This document shows positions 1 to 9,764 of a stretch of 64,000 bases of DNA, piece by piece. The stretch is taken from the NCBI GenBank assembly GCA_021323995.1, contig JAJPJY010000066.1, positions 10,458-74,457 of the forward strand, in the 5' to 3' direction. The notes under the pieces were generated by a model. The model saw nothing but the letters and a program-made list of their open reading frames with translations, searched no databases and was not told the DNA's origin. This DNA is from a bacterium. Its GTDB lineage: Archaea > Thermoproteota > Bathyarchaeia > 40CM-2-53-6. The translations under genes were made by a program, and so were the position numbers. How positions within the stretch are numbered: position 1 is the first letter of the stretch; the number at the start of each line of letters is the position of its first letter.

Positions 1-889
1 ACTCGCCTCGGACATCCTCGACAAGGTCGGATTGAAACAGCACGAGGTCCGGGTAAGCAATCGGAAACTCGCGGAAGGCTTCCTGCAAAGCATCGACATA
101 CGCACATCGGAAGAACTGGAGAGAATCCTCCGCATAATTGACAGCATCGCAAAGAAAGGCCGAGAAAAAGTCGAAGGAGAACTAACCAGAACGGGACTGT
201 CCAAGGCCAAAGTGGAACGAGTACTCGGATTCGCAGACATCTCAGGCAAACCTGACGATGTACTGTCGGAGCTGGAGAAAAAACTTCCAAAAAACGAGCT
301 CATCAGCAAGGGACAACAAGAACTGCGAGGAACAATCGACAACATCGACTCGCTAGGAAAAATGTCCAAGGTCCAGATCGACCTAGGAATTGTCCGGGGA
401 ATCAGCTACTACGACGGGACCGTGTTCGAAGCCTACGACCAGGCAGGCGAAGACGTGGGCGCGGTCTTCGGCGGAGGCCGATTCGACAAACTCTGCCGAA
501 TATACGGAAAACGGGACATGCCAGCAACAGGAGTAGCAGGAGGCTTCGAACGACTAATGCTCTCCCTGGAAAGAAAAGGACTCTTCCCAGACACAGACCA
601 GAACCTGCAAGTCCTGGTAGTAATGACAGGCGAAGAAGTCAGGAAAGAAACGATAGAGGTGCTAGGAAAGCTCCGAGAGGCCGGACTGAGAACCGACAGA
701 GACCTCAAGGAACGACCATTGAAGAAACAGATGGAGTATGCCTCATCCATCAAAGCCCGACTAGTCGTAATTGTAGGTCCGAGAGAGATCAAGGAAGGTA
801 AGTTCCGGCTCAGAGACATGAAAACAGGACAAGAAATAGACATCGAGAGAAGCAGGATAGTTGCTGAAGCAACGAAGATACTCTCTTAG
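1..889 (+). CDS. hisS: Histidyl-tRNA synthetase, C-terminal part (5' end outside window; reading frame open from nt 2)
   Basis: GGGRFD motif-3-like segment (GAVFGGGRFDKL) followed by an anticodon-binding-type C-terminal domain. ORF-track start 32 is TTG inside a frame that continues upstream. Confidence 0.75.
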   Translation, partial: LASDILDKVGLKQHEVRVSNRKLAEGFLQSIDIRTSEELERILRIIDSIAKKGREKVEGELTRTGLSKAKVERVLGFADISGKPDDVLSELEKKLPKNELISKGQQELRGTIDNIDSLGKMSKVQIDLGIVRGISYYDGTVFEAYDQAGEDVGAVFGGGRFDKLCRIYGKRDMPATGVAGGFERLMLSLERKGLFPDTDQNLQVLVVMTGEEVRKETIEVLGKLREAGLRTDRDLKERPLKKQMEYASSIKARLVVIVGPREIKEGKFRLRDMKTGQEIDIERSRIVAEATKILS

Positions 890-1290
890 GTCATAAGGTC
901 TTAAGTGAGCGATTTGTCTTCGTCTTGCCCTCTGAGCTGGTCTTAGGAGAAATCTCAGCGGATCGACTCACCCAAAGTTCATGACATCGCGAGCATCCTC
1001 GCAGTTCCATATCATTTTGGAAGAGCATGATGAGTTCGGCGGGTCAGTTGCACTTTGGACAGTTCATCATGGGACTCCCAGAAAGCTTTGGGATAAGGCG
1101 AATAGTAGATTGAGTTAGAGAAACTCGAAATTTTCACGGGAGCAATTTCGACCTACTTTCACTCGTTGGCCGGTAAGTCTCTGGGACAAATGCTTCCCCA
1201 AACACGAGTGGGAAGGCACGACGCTATGATGCAATCGACCGAGAGGCTGAAACATGAAAAATTCGTTTTAGGACTCTCGGCATTTCGGTC

Positions 1291-1572
1291 TTGATGCTAT
1301 CTCTTGCCCAGACAGGCTATCTTGCGTCAGTCGCCGTGCGTGCATCTCCTCATCCATCTCCTCATCCATCTCCTCATCCATCTCCTCATCCACCACTTAC
1401 ATTAGTGTACCAAAATTCAACGTTCGGCGGACCTGTAGCAACTCTCGTCTGCTCGTCCACCAACGGCGGAGATGTTCAAGTCTTGTTACAGAACATGGCA
1501 ATCAGTTCAGGCCATAAAGATACATTTTGCCTCCATCTTCAGAGCAGCCTTCAACGTCTCCTCCGCACCTGA
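1291..1572 (+). CDS. Possible small secreted Pro/His-rich protein with (SPHP)4 linker. May be non-coding.
   Basis: ORF with hydrophobic N-terminus MMLSLAQTGYLASVAVRA then four SPHP repeats. Lies in an otherwise 1-kb non-coding region. Confidence 0.2.
   Translation: MMLSLAQTGYLASVAVRASPHPSPHPSPHPSPHPPLTLVYQNSTFGGPVATLVCSSTNGGDVQVLLQNMAISSGHKDTFCLHLQSSLQRLLRT
1343..1390. repeat. Perfect tandem repeat, 12 bp x 4 (catctcctcatc)
   Basis: Read directly: catctcctcatc repeated four times head to tail. Confidence 0.9.
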
Positions 1573-1924
1573 TCCAATATACACGGTCGAGTTCTAGGTC
1601 AACGGATCGGCCTACGACTCTGTCTACTGACTCATCGATGACCTAGATTTTGTCAGGGCTGAGCCTAGCTACCTTAGCCAATATTTCCCTCTCGATCGAC
1701 CGGCCAACTCCTTCTTCGCTACCGAATTCCTTTGTCAGGTTCTTTGGCCCGCTTTGGATGCTTGACAAGGCGCACTAAGGCACCCTGTCGATACGAGGAG
1801 AGATTTCACTGGTGGAATGTGTCCTTGAGGGCATCCGAACTGACCGACTTGTGTCCCTTTGCCTGTCGATTCCCCATGGCACTGGGCTACGACTAGTCGA
1901 AATCCTGAGCTGTTGTTGTACTCA

Positions 1925-2617
1925 TTATTTCTCTCCTAAGACATAATCGTGCATCGGCCAGGGCCAGATTTTCTCCAACCGTCGGAGGATCCAGAGGAGC
2001 GAGCTTGGGCATCGTCGATAGAAAGTTACAGGTACGCGCATAACAGGGCCCCTTCTAACAATCCTGAATCCCGCTTTCACGAACAGTTCTTCAACCTCAG
2101 ATGTTCGGTAATAGTATTGCTCCGACGCTCCTATTCCGAAAAATAGTAGCAGTCGTCTCAGCGGATTGTCTGTCTCAAATGTAACGAGGCACTCGCCGCC
2201 AGGCTTTAGCGAGCCAAACATTCCCTGCAATGCCTCAGTGGGTTTCTGAAGAAAATGGAAGGTTCTGATGCATAGAACATGATCGAAATAGTTTCTGAAA
2301 CCTAAGTGAGATGCGTCCATCTGAACAAGAGAGATAGAATGATTCGTGTGTTCAGACGTTGTTCGTAGCATGTTCTGCGAAAGGTCTATGCCTGTGTACT
2401 TTGCTCCCCGCTGGGTAAGAGAAGTTGCGAATCGTCCCGTAGCGGTTCCCAACTCCAAGACTCTTGAGCCTTTGATTATGCTCGCGACGAACTCCTGCTC
2501 TCTCTTGTTGACATATTGTCCCCCCAGAGTTCCGAATCTAACTTTGTCATAATTGGTAGCATTCCTATCGTAGTCGGACTTGACAATAGCGGTCGCTCTG
2601 ATTTTCTTTGCAATCAA
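1925..2617 (-). CDS. Class I SAM-dependent methyltransferase
   Basis: Gly-rich motif I VLELGTATGRF and downstream LKPGG motif. Stop overlaps the start of the upstream GT2 gene by 4 nt. Confidence 0.7.
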   Translation of the reverse strand: MIAKKIRATAIVKSDYDRNATNYDKVRFGTLGGQYVNKREQEFVASIIKGSRVLELGTATGRFATSLTQRGAKYTGIDLSQNMLRTTSEHTNHSISLVQMDASHLGFRNYFDHVLCIRTFHFLQKPTEALQGMFGSLKPGGECLVTFETDNPLRRLLLFFGIGASEQYYYRTSEVEELFVKAGFRIVRRGPVMRVPVTFYRRCPSSLLWILRRLEKIWPWPMHDYVLGEK

Positions 2618-3513
2618 GAGTCATGGGCCTCCTTCCCAGTGCTCTCACGCCCTCTCCCATTCAGCAAGAGGCCAATCATCAAGAAGGCACTTAACAAGAA
2701 TCCAAAGAGAATGACCGGTAGCAGATCAGACTCCCGAACATCACTTTTCTTCCATGCCGTAACTTCCCGGAGTGGATTCATCCGCTTGATTGAAATCAGG
2801 GGATTCTTTGAAGCATACCCTAGGTAGTTCGACGAGTAATACATGCTCCGATTCACTAGTCCCCTCAAATCGACGGGAGAACCCAGATGCCACTCTGTTG
2901 CTCCCGAATACGCCATCTTGAAATCATTCAGGAGAAATCTTCTATGAAAATCGAGATCTTCCCCAGCAAAGAGGTCCGTATCGAAGCCCCCGAGACGATC
3001 AAACGAATCTCTTCTAACGAATCTGGCAGCGACGTTCAGGGGGTCGTGTGAGAGAAGCTTTCTTCTCGATGCGACGAGGCGCGATATCATGGAATTCCTT
3101 ACGATGTCCTGATCATTTACCAGGACGGCGTCGGCATTATCGATCATCTTAACGCAGGTCGTGATTACATTAGAGCCGAGTACGTGGTCAGCATCTACGA
3201 AGTAGAGATACTTGCCCTTCGCGCATTTCGCTCCCAAGTTCTTGGCCACAGATCTCTCGCTACGATGGGAGATCACTAGTGCTCCCATACTCTTGGCGAT
3301 TTCTCTCGTCGAGTCAGTGCTGAAACAGTCTACAACGATGATCTCGATTGGCCTATATGATTGCGAGATTATTGATCTCAAGCACTCCGCAATCGTCCAT
3401 TCCGAGTCTCTTGAAGGGATAATTATTGACACGAGGGGCGGGTCATCGAAGTTGGAGACCCGGAATTCCTTGTCAGGAGCTAAACCATCTGCTCCCTGAG
3501 TTTCTTTGAGCAT
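2614..3513 (-). CDS. Glycosyltransferase family 2
   Basis: IIIPSRDSE...VVDCFSTDST...FVDADH (DxD-type) GT-A signature. Translationally coupled on both sides. Confidence 0.75.
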   Translation of the reverse strand: MLKETQGADGLAPDKEFRVSNFDDPPLVSIIIPSRDSEWTIAECLRSIISQSYRPIEIIVVDCFSTDSTREIAKSMGALVISHRSERSVAKNLGAKCAKGKYLYFVDADHVLGSNVITTCVKMIDNADAVLVNDQDIVRNSMISRLVASRRKLLSHDPLNVAARFVRRDSFDRLGGFDTDLFAGEDLDFHRRFLLNDFKMAYSGATEWHLGSPVDLRGLVNRSMYYSSNYLGYASKNPLISIKRMNPLREVTAWKKSDVRESDLLPVILFGFLLSAFLMIGLLLNGRGRESTGKEAHDS

Positions 3514-4817
3514 TAAGATACACCGAGAATTCTGCCTACGCCGATAATCACAATCCAGAAGTATGCTTGAAGATAAAGTAACACAGTTAGAGGCACCACT
3601 TCTAATCTAAACGACTTGAGTTTTTTGGAAAAAGAGTAACCACAAAACATTAGGATCATTGTTGTAGTCATGACAGCGTAGAGAAAAACGGAACCAGGAA
3701 CGCTTTCAATGTATTCAAGAATGAATGCGGTGCTGCTTCCGATCAACATGTATGCGGTTCCCTGCAAAAGAGTGATTGTGAGAAATGTCGCGAACGTTCC
3801 AAACAGGTATGCAAAATACTGAAGCCCGATGCGTCCTGTGAGTGAACCATACAAGATCCCCATGGGAACGAGCCATAACAACCATTGAGGTTCTGAAGCA
3901 GAAAACAAGTTGAAAACTAATGCTGCTACAAGTGTCCACTTCACGAGAAGTAGTGACGGCAACCCTTTCGCTCTACTGGATTCGTAGGAAAATCCGATGC
4001 AAGTCAACGCCACCGCAACTGGGATCGTAGGCAGGATTCCACTGGGATTAATGTTGAACACCTCTCCTAGGAGGCCATAATGCGTTCCTCCAGTCCCGCT
4101 ACTCAACCCAATGAAACGATAAACTATCACTTGAAGAAAGGACTGAAAGCCTCCAAATAAAAGCACCGGGAATAGTATGGCAACCGTGATGCCTAGGCCG
4201 CCAAGAATTTCTAACGGAAGTTCGCCGCGAAAACGCCGATGGATAATCGATTCACAAATAACTAACACATAGGTAACAAACCCGAAGAGCTTCAGGAGCC
4301 CAGAGAGGACAAAAGTAAGACTCGAAGGGGTTCTGTTATTATGAGTCGCGAAGAAGTATAGTCCTAACAGTAGAGGAAAGAGCATCATAGAATCATACGT
4401 CCCCCACACCGACGACAGACAGATTGGAAGTGGATTCAAGAAGAAAAGTGTCGCGGGAATGAGTTTCCGAGTGTAGCTCAACAATACTAGGTAGATGCCC
4501 ACATCGCATAATATCGAAGGTAGTTTCAAGAACACGCCCTCGATCATCAACGTTGTATGGTAATAGTACTGAAAATCGGGCATTCCAGAGAGTCTCAGTA
4601 ATTGATAGGGAGCGTAGAACAGTAGCTGGATGTAATATACCGCTGGAAGTGTAGGAAAATATTTCAGGTCGACGGTGCCGGTTTGGAAGAACAGCCGCTG
4701 AGACGTTACGAAGAGTGCCATGTCGCCGGGATGGCCGGTCAACGGTGCGAGTCCAAGTCGTATTGCTAGTCCTGAGAGAAGGACCGAGCTAGCTGGCTTG
4801 GTTAGTTTCATGCGCAA
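3513..4817 (-). CDS. Polytopic membrane protein, GT-C-like glycosyltransferase or flippase candidate
   Basis: More than 10 predicted hydrophobic helices. 1-nt overlap with the GT2 gene. Sits in a glycosylation-type operon. Confidence 0.4.
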   Translation of the reverse strand: MRMKLTKPASSVLLSGLAIRLGLAPLTGHPGDMALFVTSQRLFFQTGTVDLKYFPTLPAVYYIQLLFYAPYQLLRLSGMPDFQYYYHTTLMIEGVFLKLPSILCDVGIYLVLLSYTRKLIPATLFFLNPLPICLSSVWGTYDSMMLFPLLLGLYFFATHNNRTPSSLTFVLSGLLKLFGFVTYVLVICESIIHRRFRGELPLEILGGLGITVAILFPVLLFGGFQSFLQVIVYRFIGLSSGTGGTHYGLLGEVFNINPSGILPTIPVAVALTCIGFSYESSRAKGLPSLLLVKWTLVAALVFNLFSASEPQWLLWLVPMGILYGSLTGRIGLQYFAYLFGTFATFLTITLLQGTAYMLIGSSTAFILEYIESVPGSVFLYAVMTTTMILMFCGYSFSKKLKSFRLEVVPLTVLLYLQAYFWIVIIGVGRILGVS

Positions 4818-5943
4818 ACAACCTTGATACCAAGATCACTATGGCCACAGGGGTCACAAAGAGAAAAGTGAGATAGTAGGCGAGAATAATACCTGGATCA
4901 ATATTAGTTGGCGTAGAGATTAGGGGAGCTTGGCTTAGATATCGTACTGAGAAACCTCCCAGTTGGAATGATAGAAACGATCCTTTACTCGGAGATAGAA
5001 TAATCGAGAATGTGTTGTTGCCAGTCAGGAATGGAGGATAACTCCTTATGTTGCTCGCCGAAAAAGTTGCGATATTGTACGTTAGCGAGTTGGCTGAATA
5101 ATCGTACCCCTGCCCGATGACCGTTAGGCCATGCATGAAGTAAACGGTGTAGACAAGGTCCTGCGTTCCCTTGACGTAGTAATCTATGTATCCCTGAGCG
5201 AAGTTGCTGTCTGTGTAATCCAGATCGTTTGTAGCATTCAGGGTTAAGGCTATTCCATCCATGCTACGTAGAACCTGACTAGCGGAATCGAAGGCGTACT
5301 GATTTGGGGAGACGACGGCTATCCGGTACACATCTAGAGCGAACTGCCCTATTTGGCCAGCCGTGGCTTCAATGTAGAATTGTAGACTCGTTATGCTGGA
5401 CCCTGCGGCTGGGAAGATTCCGTTGACCTTGTATGCTTCTACAGCAGCGTTTACTGTGAAGTTCTCCTTGTGGCCGAGTCCGCTTCTATGTTGCAGGTAT
5501 GATGATTCAGACCAGGCCTGAAACGGGTTGCCGGAGCTATCCTGTCCTGCTATCCTGATCCCGTAGTGGATTCCTACGCTTGCTTCTAGAGAGATTAAGA
5601 GCACGGGATCTTGTGCTATGGAGAAATTCACTGATCGGAACAGGTTTACGGCTTGAGGGTATGATTCTGGCGCAATGCTGGCATTCAGATGCAGTTCTCC
5701 GTCTGATGATAGACGAGACGTTATGTTTGACTGAGAAGAACTAACGTGCCATTGAGAGGGATCATTAAGCGGGTCTTGCCAAATCGTATTGTTGAGTCTA
5801 ACGTAGTAGGAAGATTCGAGGCTGTTCAGGTTAGAAGCGTTTAGAATGGTTGTTTGATCGATCTTGCCTCTAAGAACTACGACCATGCTTGCCATTACAA
5901 CAATGGCTATGACAAGCAGAGCATACAGATTCCTAGATCTCAA
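4789..5943 (-). CDS. Membrane-anchored extracellular protein, N-glycosylation sequon-rich
   Basis: N-terminal TM (LYALLVIAIVVMASMVVVL), many NxS/T sequons, C-terminal TM helix. Confidence 0.4.
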   Translation of the reverse strand: MRSRNLYALLVIAIVVMASMVVVLRGKIDQTTILNASNLNSLESSYYVRLNNTIWQDPLNDPSQWHVSSSQSNITSRLSSDGELHLNASIAPESYPQAVNLFRSVNFSIAQDPVLLISLEASVGIHYGIRIAGQDSSGNPFQAWSESSYLQHRSGLGHKENFTVNAAVEAYKVNGIFPAAGSSITSLQFYIEATAGQIGQFALDVYRIAVVSPNQYAFDSASQVLRSMDGIALTLNATNDLDYTDSNFAQGYIDYYVKGTQDLVYTVYFMHGLTVIGQGYDYSANSLTYNIATFSASNIRSYPPFLTGNNTFSIILSPSKGSFLSFQLGGFSVRYLSQAPLISTPTNIDPGIILAYYLTFLFVTPVAIVILVSRLFAHETNQAS

Positions 5944-5995
5944 AGCCTGGTCACATGGTGGAAATCCGCGAATAACTGGTTATACTCGGACTTCC

Positions 5996-7204
5996 TTATT
6001 TTTCAACCTCTTCCAGTAGCCTGGAAGTTGATCGTTCAAGCGTAAATTTCTTGACCATGTTCTCTCTGGCGCGCTTGCCCATGTCGTGTCTCAGCGTGCT
6101 ATCGTCTAGTAGCGCGTTCATCTTGGAGCCGATAAACCGGTGGTCTAGCGGGTCTACAATGTATCCTGTGACTCCGTCGACCACCACCTCAGGCGGACCG
6201 CCATGGTTTGTAACGATTGACGGCTTCGAGAACAACCCCGCCTCTACGGGCGTTAGTCCGAATGGCTCGTAAAGTGAGAGGTGTACGAGGAATTTGCATC
6301 CCCCGTACGCTTGGGCCAGGTCTTCTTCCCTGTTCATCATTCCTCTAAGCTCCATCGGAACGTCCAGCCTGGACGCCAAATCCTTCAGATTGCTCTTCTC
6401 CTGGCCGTCGCCAATTACCATAATCTTCGAGGATCGAACATGGGCTGCGGCGCGGATCATGCTCTCGACGTTCTTGAGAGGAATTAGTGACCCAACTACC
6501 AGCATGTAGTCCTCCTCTTGCGCCTGGCTCTTAGAAGCAAGTTGTTCTAGGAGCGGATCAGCGGCCGGATAGACGACACTAGGCGTCTCTCCTAGACGGT
6601 AGACGCGTTCTAGGAATTTGGAGAGGAAGAAACTATTCGCGATGATTCTCCCATATCCCCGCACAGTCTCAACGTCTACTACTTTGGCTACTCTGGCCGT
6701 GAGTCCATAGAATGGGTCTGAGAGCAGCATCTTCGCCATTAGGCCACCGTAATATTCGCCCCCAGTCCTCCTCACTGTCGGGCTTATTCGTCGATAGTCT
6801 ACTCCGGTGATTATTTCTTCCCATGCCAGTTCGAATACTGAGCCTGAGTACCAGACTATTCTATCGCCGAGAATTTTGGAGAGGTAGAAGGCTAGAACAG
6901 GCTCGATGTGGTGGTGGACGATAATTTTGTCATACTGTTTCAGCTCTTCCAGGAACTTGAATAACAGTCTCATTCGTTTAGGACGATTCACAATCGCTGT
7001 AGGAATATTCCTGATAGGCTCCTTCTCGAGCCTCTCCTTCCAGCCCTGAGACATTGTCCCAGTGTAGTAGAATGTGACATCCCGTCCGACCCTTCTCATC
7101 TCCACGTAGTGGCTAAGGGCCAGCCGCTCCGCTCCTCCGAATCTGCCGTACGACTGTTGGAGGATCGCTAACCGCATTGGGAAGAATGGAGTCTTCCGCT
7201 CCAT
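5996..7204 (-). CDS. Glycosyltransferase family 4 (GT-B fold)
   Basis: EPFGLTPVEAGLFSKPSIVTNHGGPPEVVVDGVTGYIV, the classic GT4 E-x7-E region. Confidence 0.8.
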   Translation of the reverse strand: MERKTPFFPMRLAILQQSYGRFGGAERLALSHYVEMRRVGRDVTFYYTGTMSQGWKERLEKEPIRNIPTAIVNRPKRMRLLFKFLEELKQYDKIIVHHHIEPVLAFYLSKILGDRIVWYSGSVFELAWEEIITGVDYRRISPTVRRTGGEYYGGLMAKMLLSDPFYGLTARVAKVVDVETVRGYGRIIANSFFLSKFLERVYRLGETPSVVYPAADPLLEQLASKSQAQEEDYMLVVGSLIPLKNVESMIRAAAHVRSSKIMVIGDGQEKSNLKDLASRLDVPMELRGMMNREEDLAQAYGGCKFLVHLSLYEPFGLTPVEAGLFSKPSIVTNHGGPPEVVVDGVTGYIVDPLDHRFIGSKMNALLDDSTLRHDMGKRARENMVKKFTLERSTSRLLEEVEK

Positions 7205-7273
7205 CCTTTATTATTGTCTACAGGCGGAACTTGGAGAATTCCGTGGACGACCAGAGTAGGCGTAGGATCGGTT

Positions 7274-8773
7274 CTAGATGAGAAGTATACCCTGCAACGC
7301 GTAGTTCGCAATCACGGTCATGAGCAGAGTCAGTACGAGCCCTGGCCACCGGATGCTCTTCGTTCCTACCACGGGAACAAGAATGACTGTTGCGAATGAC
7401 GTGAGAACCGGAATTGGTAAGTCATAGAGAATGCGTGCCTGGCTATAGCTGTCGAGTACGAGGAAGGGTATGGATGGCACAGCAACCCAAAGGAGCAGTA
7501 GCCGTTCGAACGGATCTCTGAACTTGAGAAGAAAGGCGGCCAATAGTCCCAGTCCCAAGATAAGCCAATCTGCCAGTAGTCCCCCGTGAGTGAAGAGCAA
7601 GGCCTCGACTAGGTTGTTCCAGAAACCTAGCAAAGATCCCAGCCCTGCGGGGCTCTTTGTCGCTATGTCTGCTGCCACGGTGCGGGTCGCGAAGACCCAG
7701 CTCTTCGCAACGTCAAGGATCACTCCGGTTGCGACGATTCCCATGATCGATATTACATGGATTGATTCCTGGGTTTCTCTCCAGAGGGTGATTGTATAGA
7801 CGAGCGCCACTGCGGCGACTAGGACCCATGTCCATGGGTGTGTAAGAAACAGGGCGATTGAGAGAAAGTACATCGCCATATAGCTGAAGGACCTAGGTGC
7901 TTTCGAGAAGATCAGTAGGCTTGTCATGAAGAGATAGACGAGGATCAAAGCGAGCCAGTTAGCATAGTAGCCACCCCACAACCCAACCGTTGAATAGAAC
8001 GAGAAAGAAGTGGATAGTCCGGTCAGCCCAGCAACGTTTGAACTGCCATGCCCGTACCGGACGAATACGTACGCTGAGAGTGTCAGCGCTGGAGCAAAGA
8101 TCATTGGCAGGTACTCGATAATTTGCGAGGGTGACGATCCTGCAGAGGCAAGGAGGTACAACGGGATCAACAGGAAGGGCCTGGACCCCTCCAGCCCCTC
8201 AACGAAAGAGTACTGTAATGCTTGCGGCAAAGGCCGGGCAAGCATCTGGCCAATCCAGCTGACATAGAGAGGGCTGTCGACTCCAACTAAGGCCCGCGTC
8301 GGATTTAGATCAGGCCGATACGGAATGAAGACAAGTAAGATGCTTACAACGAGGCTGACGACTATCATTAGCCTGGGACGAGACAGGGTCTTCAGGCTGT
8401 TGGCAGATTCGGACAGAGATGCATTCTTTACTGATGACACAGTGTTCTGAAAGGGTTCCGAGAGAAACCTTAGGAGCTTGTTGAACCTTGCGGACCGACG
8501 ACGTGTCTCTCGGGTCCCGAGCCTGACCACCCATGCATAAAGAACACCTGGTAGGAATGCTGTCGAGAGGGGAGCGAGGAAGGTGTAGATGCTCATGTTG
8601 AGGGCCGCGAACCCCATGTCCGGAATGTAAGGGAAGAACGCGAGAATTGATAGAACAATAACCTCGTATGCTAGGAGGCCGATGACGATTGTGGCGCCGA
8701 CGCTTTGACGAGCTGTCATCAACCGGCTCGATAAAACTGAGAATGGACCGTTTTTATGCTTCAACGCAACCAC
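7274..8773 (-). CDS. Polytopic integral membrane protein (glycosylation-cluster associated)
   Basis: About 12 hydrophobic helices and no soluble domain. First gene of the minus-strand cluster. Confidence 0.45.
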   Translation of the reverse strand: MVALKHKNGPFSVLSSRLMTARQSVGATIVIGLLAYEVIVLSILAFFPYIPDMGFAALNMSIYTFLAPLSTAFLPGVLYAWVVRLGTRETRRRSARFNKLLRFLSEPFQNTVSSVKNASLSESANSLKTLSRPRLMIVVSLVVSILLVFIPYRPDLNPTRALVGVDSPLYVSWIGQMLARPLPQALQYSFVEGLEGSRPFLLIPLYLLASAGSSPSQIIEYLPMIFAPALTLSAYVFVRYGHGSSNVAGLTGLSTSFSFYSTVGLWGGYYANWLALILVYLFMTSLLIFSKAPRSFSYMAMYFLSIALFLTHPWTWVLVAAVALVYTITLWRETQESIHVISIMGIVATGVILDVAKSWVFATRTVAADIATKSPAGLGSLLGFWNNLVEALLFTHGGLLADWLILGLGLLAAFLLKFRDPFERLLLLWVAVPSIPFLVLDSYSQARILYDLPIPVLTSFATVILVPVVGTKSIRWPGLVLTLLMTVIANYALQGILLI

Positions 8774-8878
8774 ACCCTCAGCTAAGCGACCGATACTGGG
8801 ATATCCTCAATCTGCTAGAAATGCCGTAACGACCCTGCAAAGCCAAGTCTTAAATTATTAAAACACGCCGGAAGACGT

Positions 8879-9328
8879 TTGCCATTGTTGAGTCTTATCA
8901 GAAGACGTACTCCGCACCTTCTGATAGGCCTCTCTATATCTTTGATAATGATCGGGGCCTACACGCTCGTTGGCTTCGCCTCGCTCACAGCGCCGAAAGC
9001 GGTCTGGTCGGCCAACCCAGTCACCATCACTTTCTCGGGTAGCGCCGGCACCGGAAGCTCCGGCAGCATTGGAGAATTTGTCAAATGCGCTCCAAAAGTT
9101 GGCAATGTTGTCTTTCACACAACAACCAGCAACCCTACGAAGGTAAGCCTCGCTGTAAGTCAAGGGGGGGAAGCGACGTGCGGTCCAGCACCAGACCCTG
9201 TAACAATTACCGCTCATTGTGTAATGGCAGCGCCGAACTGTAAAGGCGCTTACTCTGGCGCAGTGTCAATCTTGCAGAGATACGATTCTTTACCACCCAG
9301 CTTAGCCGTCATGATAGTCGTAACTTAA
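8879..9328 (+). CDS. Small secreted or membrane-anchored Cys-containing protein. Alternative ATG start at 8948.
   Basis: N-terminal hydrophobic segment, T/S-rich mature part with 4 Cys. An antisense ORF 8858..9217 competes. Confidence 0.3.
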   Translation: MPLLSLIRRRTPHLLIGLSISLIMIGAYTLVGFASLTAPKAVWSANPVTITFSGSAGTGSSGSIGEFVKCAPKVGNVVFHTTTSNPTKVSLAVSQGGEATCGPAPDPVTITAHCVMAAPNCKGAYSGAVSILQRYDSLPPSLAVMIVVT

Positions 9329-9374
9329 CGACCTACTGCAGGGACGTGTTCTCTTTCCTGAGTGGGTAAGTCAC

Positions 9375-9695
9375 ATGGGCAAGATCGGGGTTATTGCTGA
9401 CAAGGAGACAAGCATCTACTTTAGACTGGGAGGGGTCAAGAACACTTGGACGGTCGACTCCGAGGAAGATGCTCGAAGAACGTTCGATGAGATTAAGGCT
9501 AAACAGTTGGTGTCGCTTGTGATCGTCACTGAGCCCGTTTTCGACTGGATAAAGGACAGGCTGGGAAAGAGCAAGAAGGAGATCGAGCTTCCCTTGGTGG
9601 TGTCGATTCCTACACGGAAGGGTGGGAAGCCGCAGGTCGACCTTTTAGCTGATCTTATCAAACGGACCGTCGGTGTAGAAATCAGGGTACAATAG
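9375..9695 (+). CDS. atpF: A/V-type ATP synthase subunit F
   Basis: MGKIGVIADKETSIYFRLGG...LPLVVSIP...LIKRTVGVEI pattern typical of archaeal AtpF. About 106 aa. Confidence 0.65.
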   Translation: MGKIGVIADKETSIYFRLGGVKNTWTVDSEEDARRTFDEIKAKQLVSLVIVTEPVFDWIKDRLGKSKKEIELPLVVSIPTRKGGKPQVDLLADLIKRTVGVEIRVQ

Positions 9696-9764
9696 TCGCA
9701 ACGCGGGATACAAGGTCTTCAAATCACGCCGAAAACTCAAGTAAAAACAGGACGTGATGCTAGC

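Noticed and set aside
433-843. Antisense and overlapping ORFs inside strongly supported genes (for example 433..843, 9416..9661, 16791..17012, 24611..24838, 50239..50631)
   Set aside because: They lie entirely within confidently assigned genes on the other strand or frame and have biased, low-complexity composition, so they are likely non-coding.
1180-1300. C/D-box sRNA (ATGATGC ... CTGA pairs near 1216-1245)
   Set aside because: Only a C-like and D'-like box at plausible spacing. No convincing C'/D pair or terminal stem, which is weak.
1343-1390. Possible CRISPR array at the 12-bp tandem repeat
   Set aside because: The repeats are contiguous with no spacers. The unit is far too short and no cas genes are nearby.
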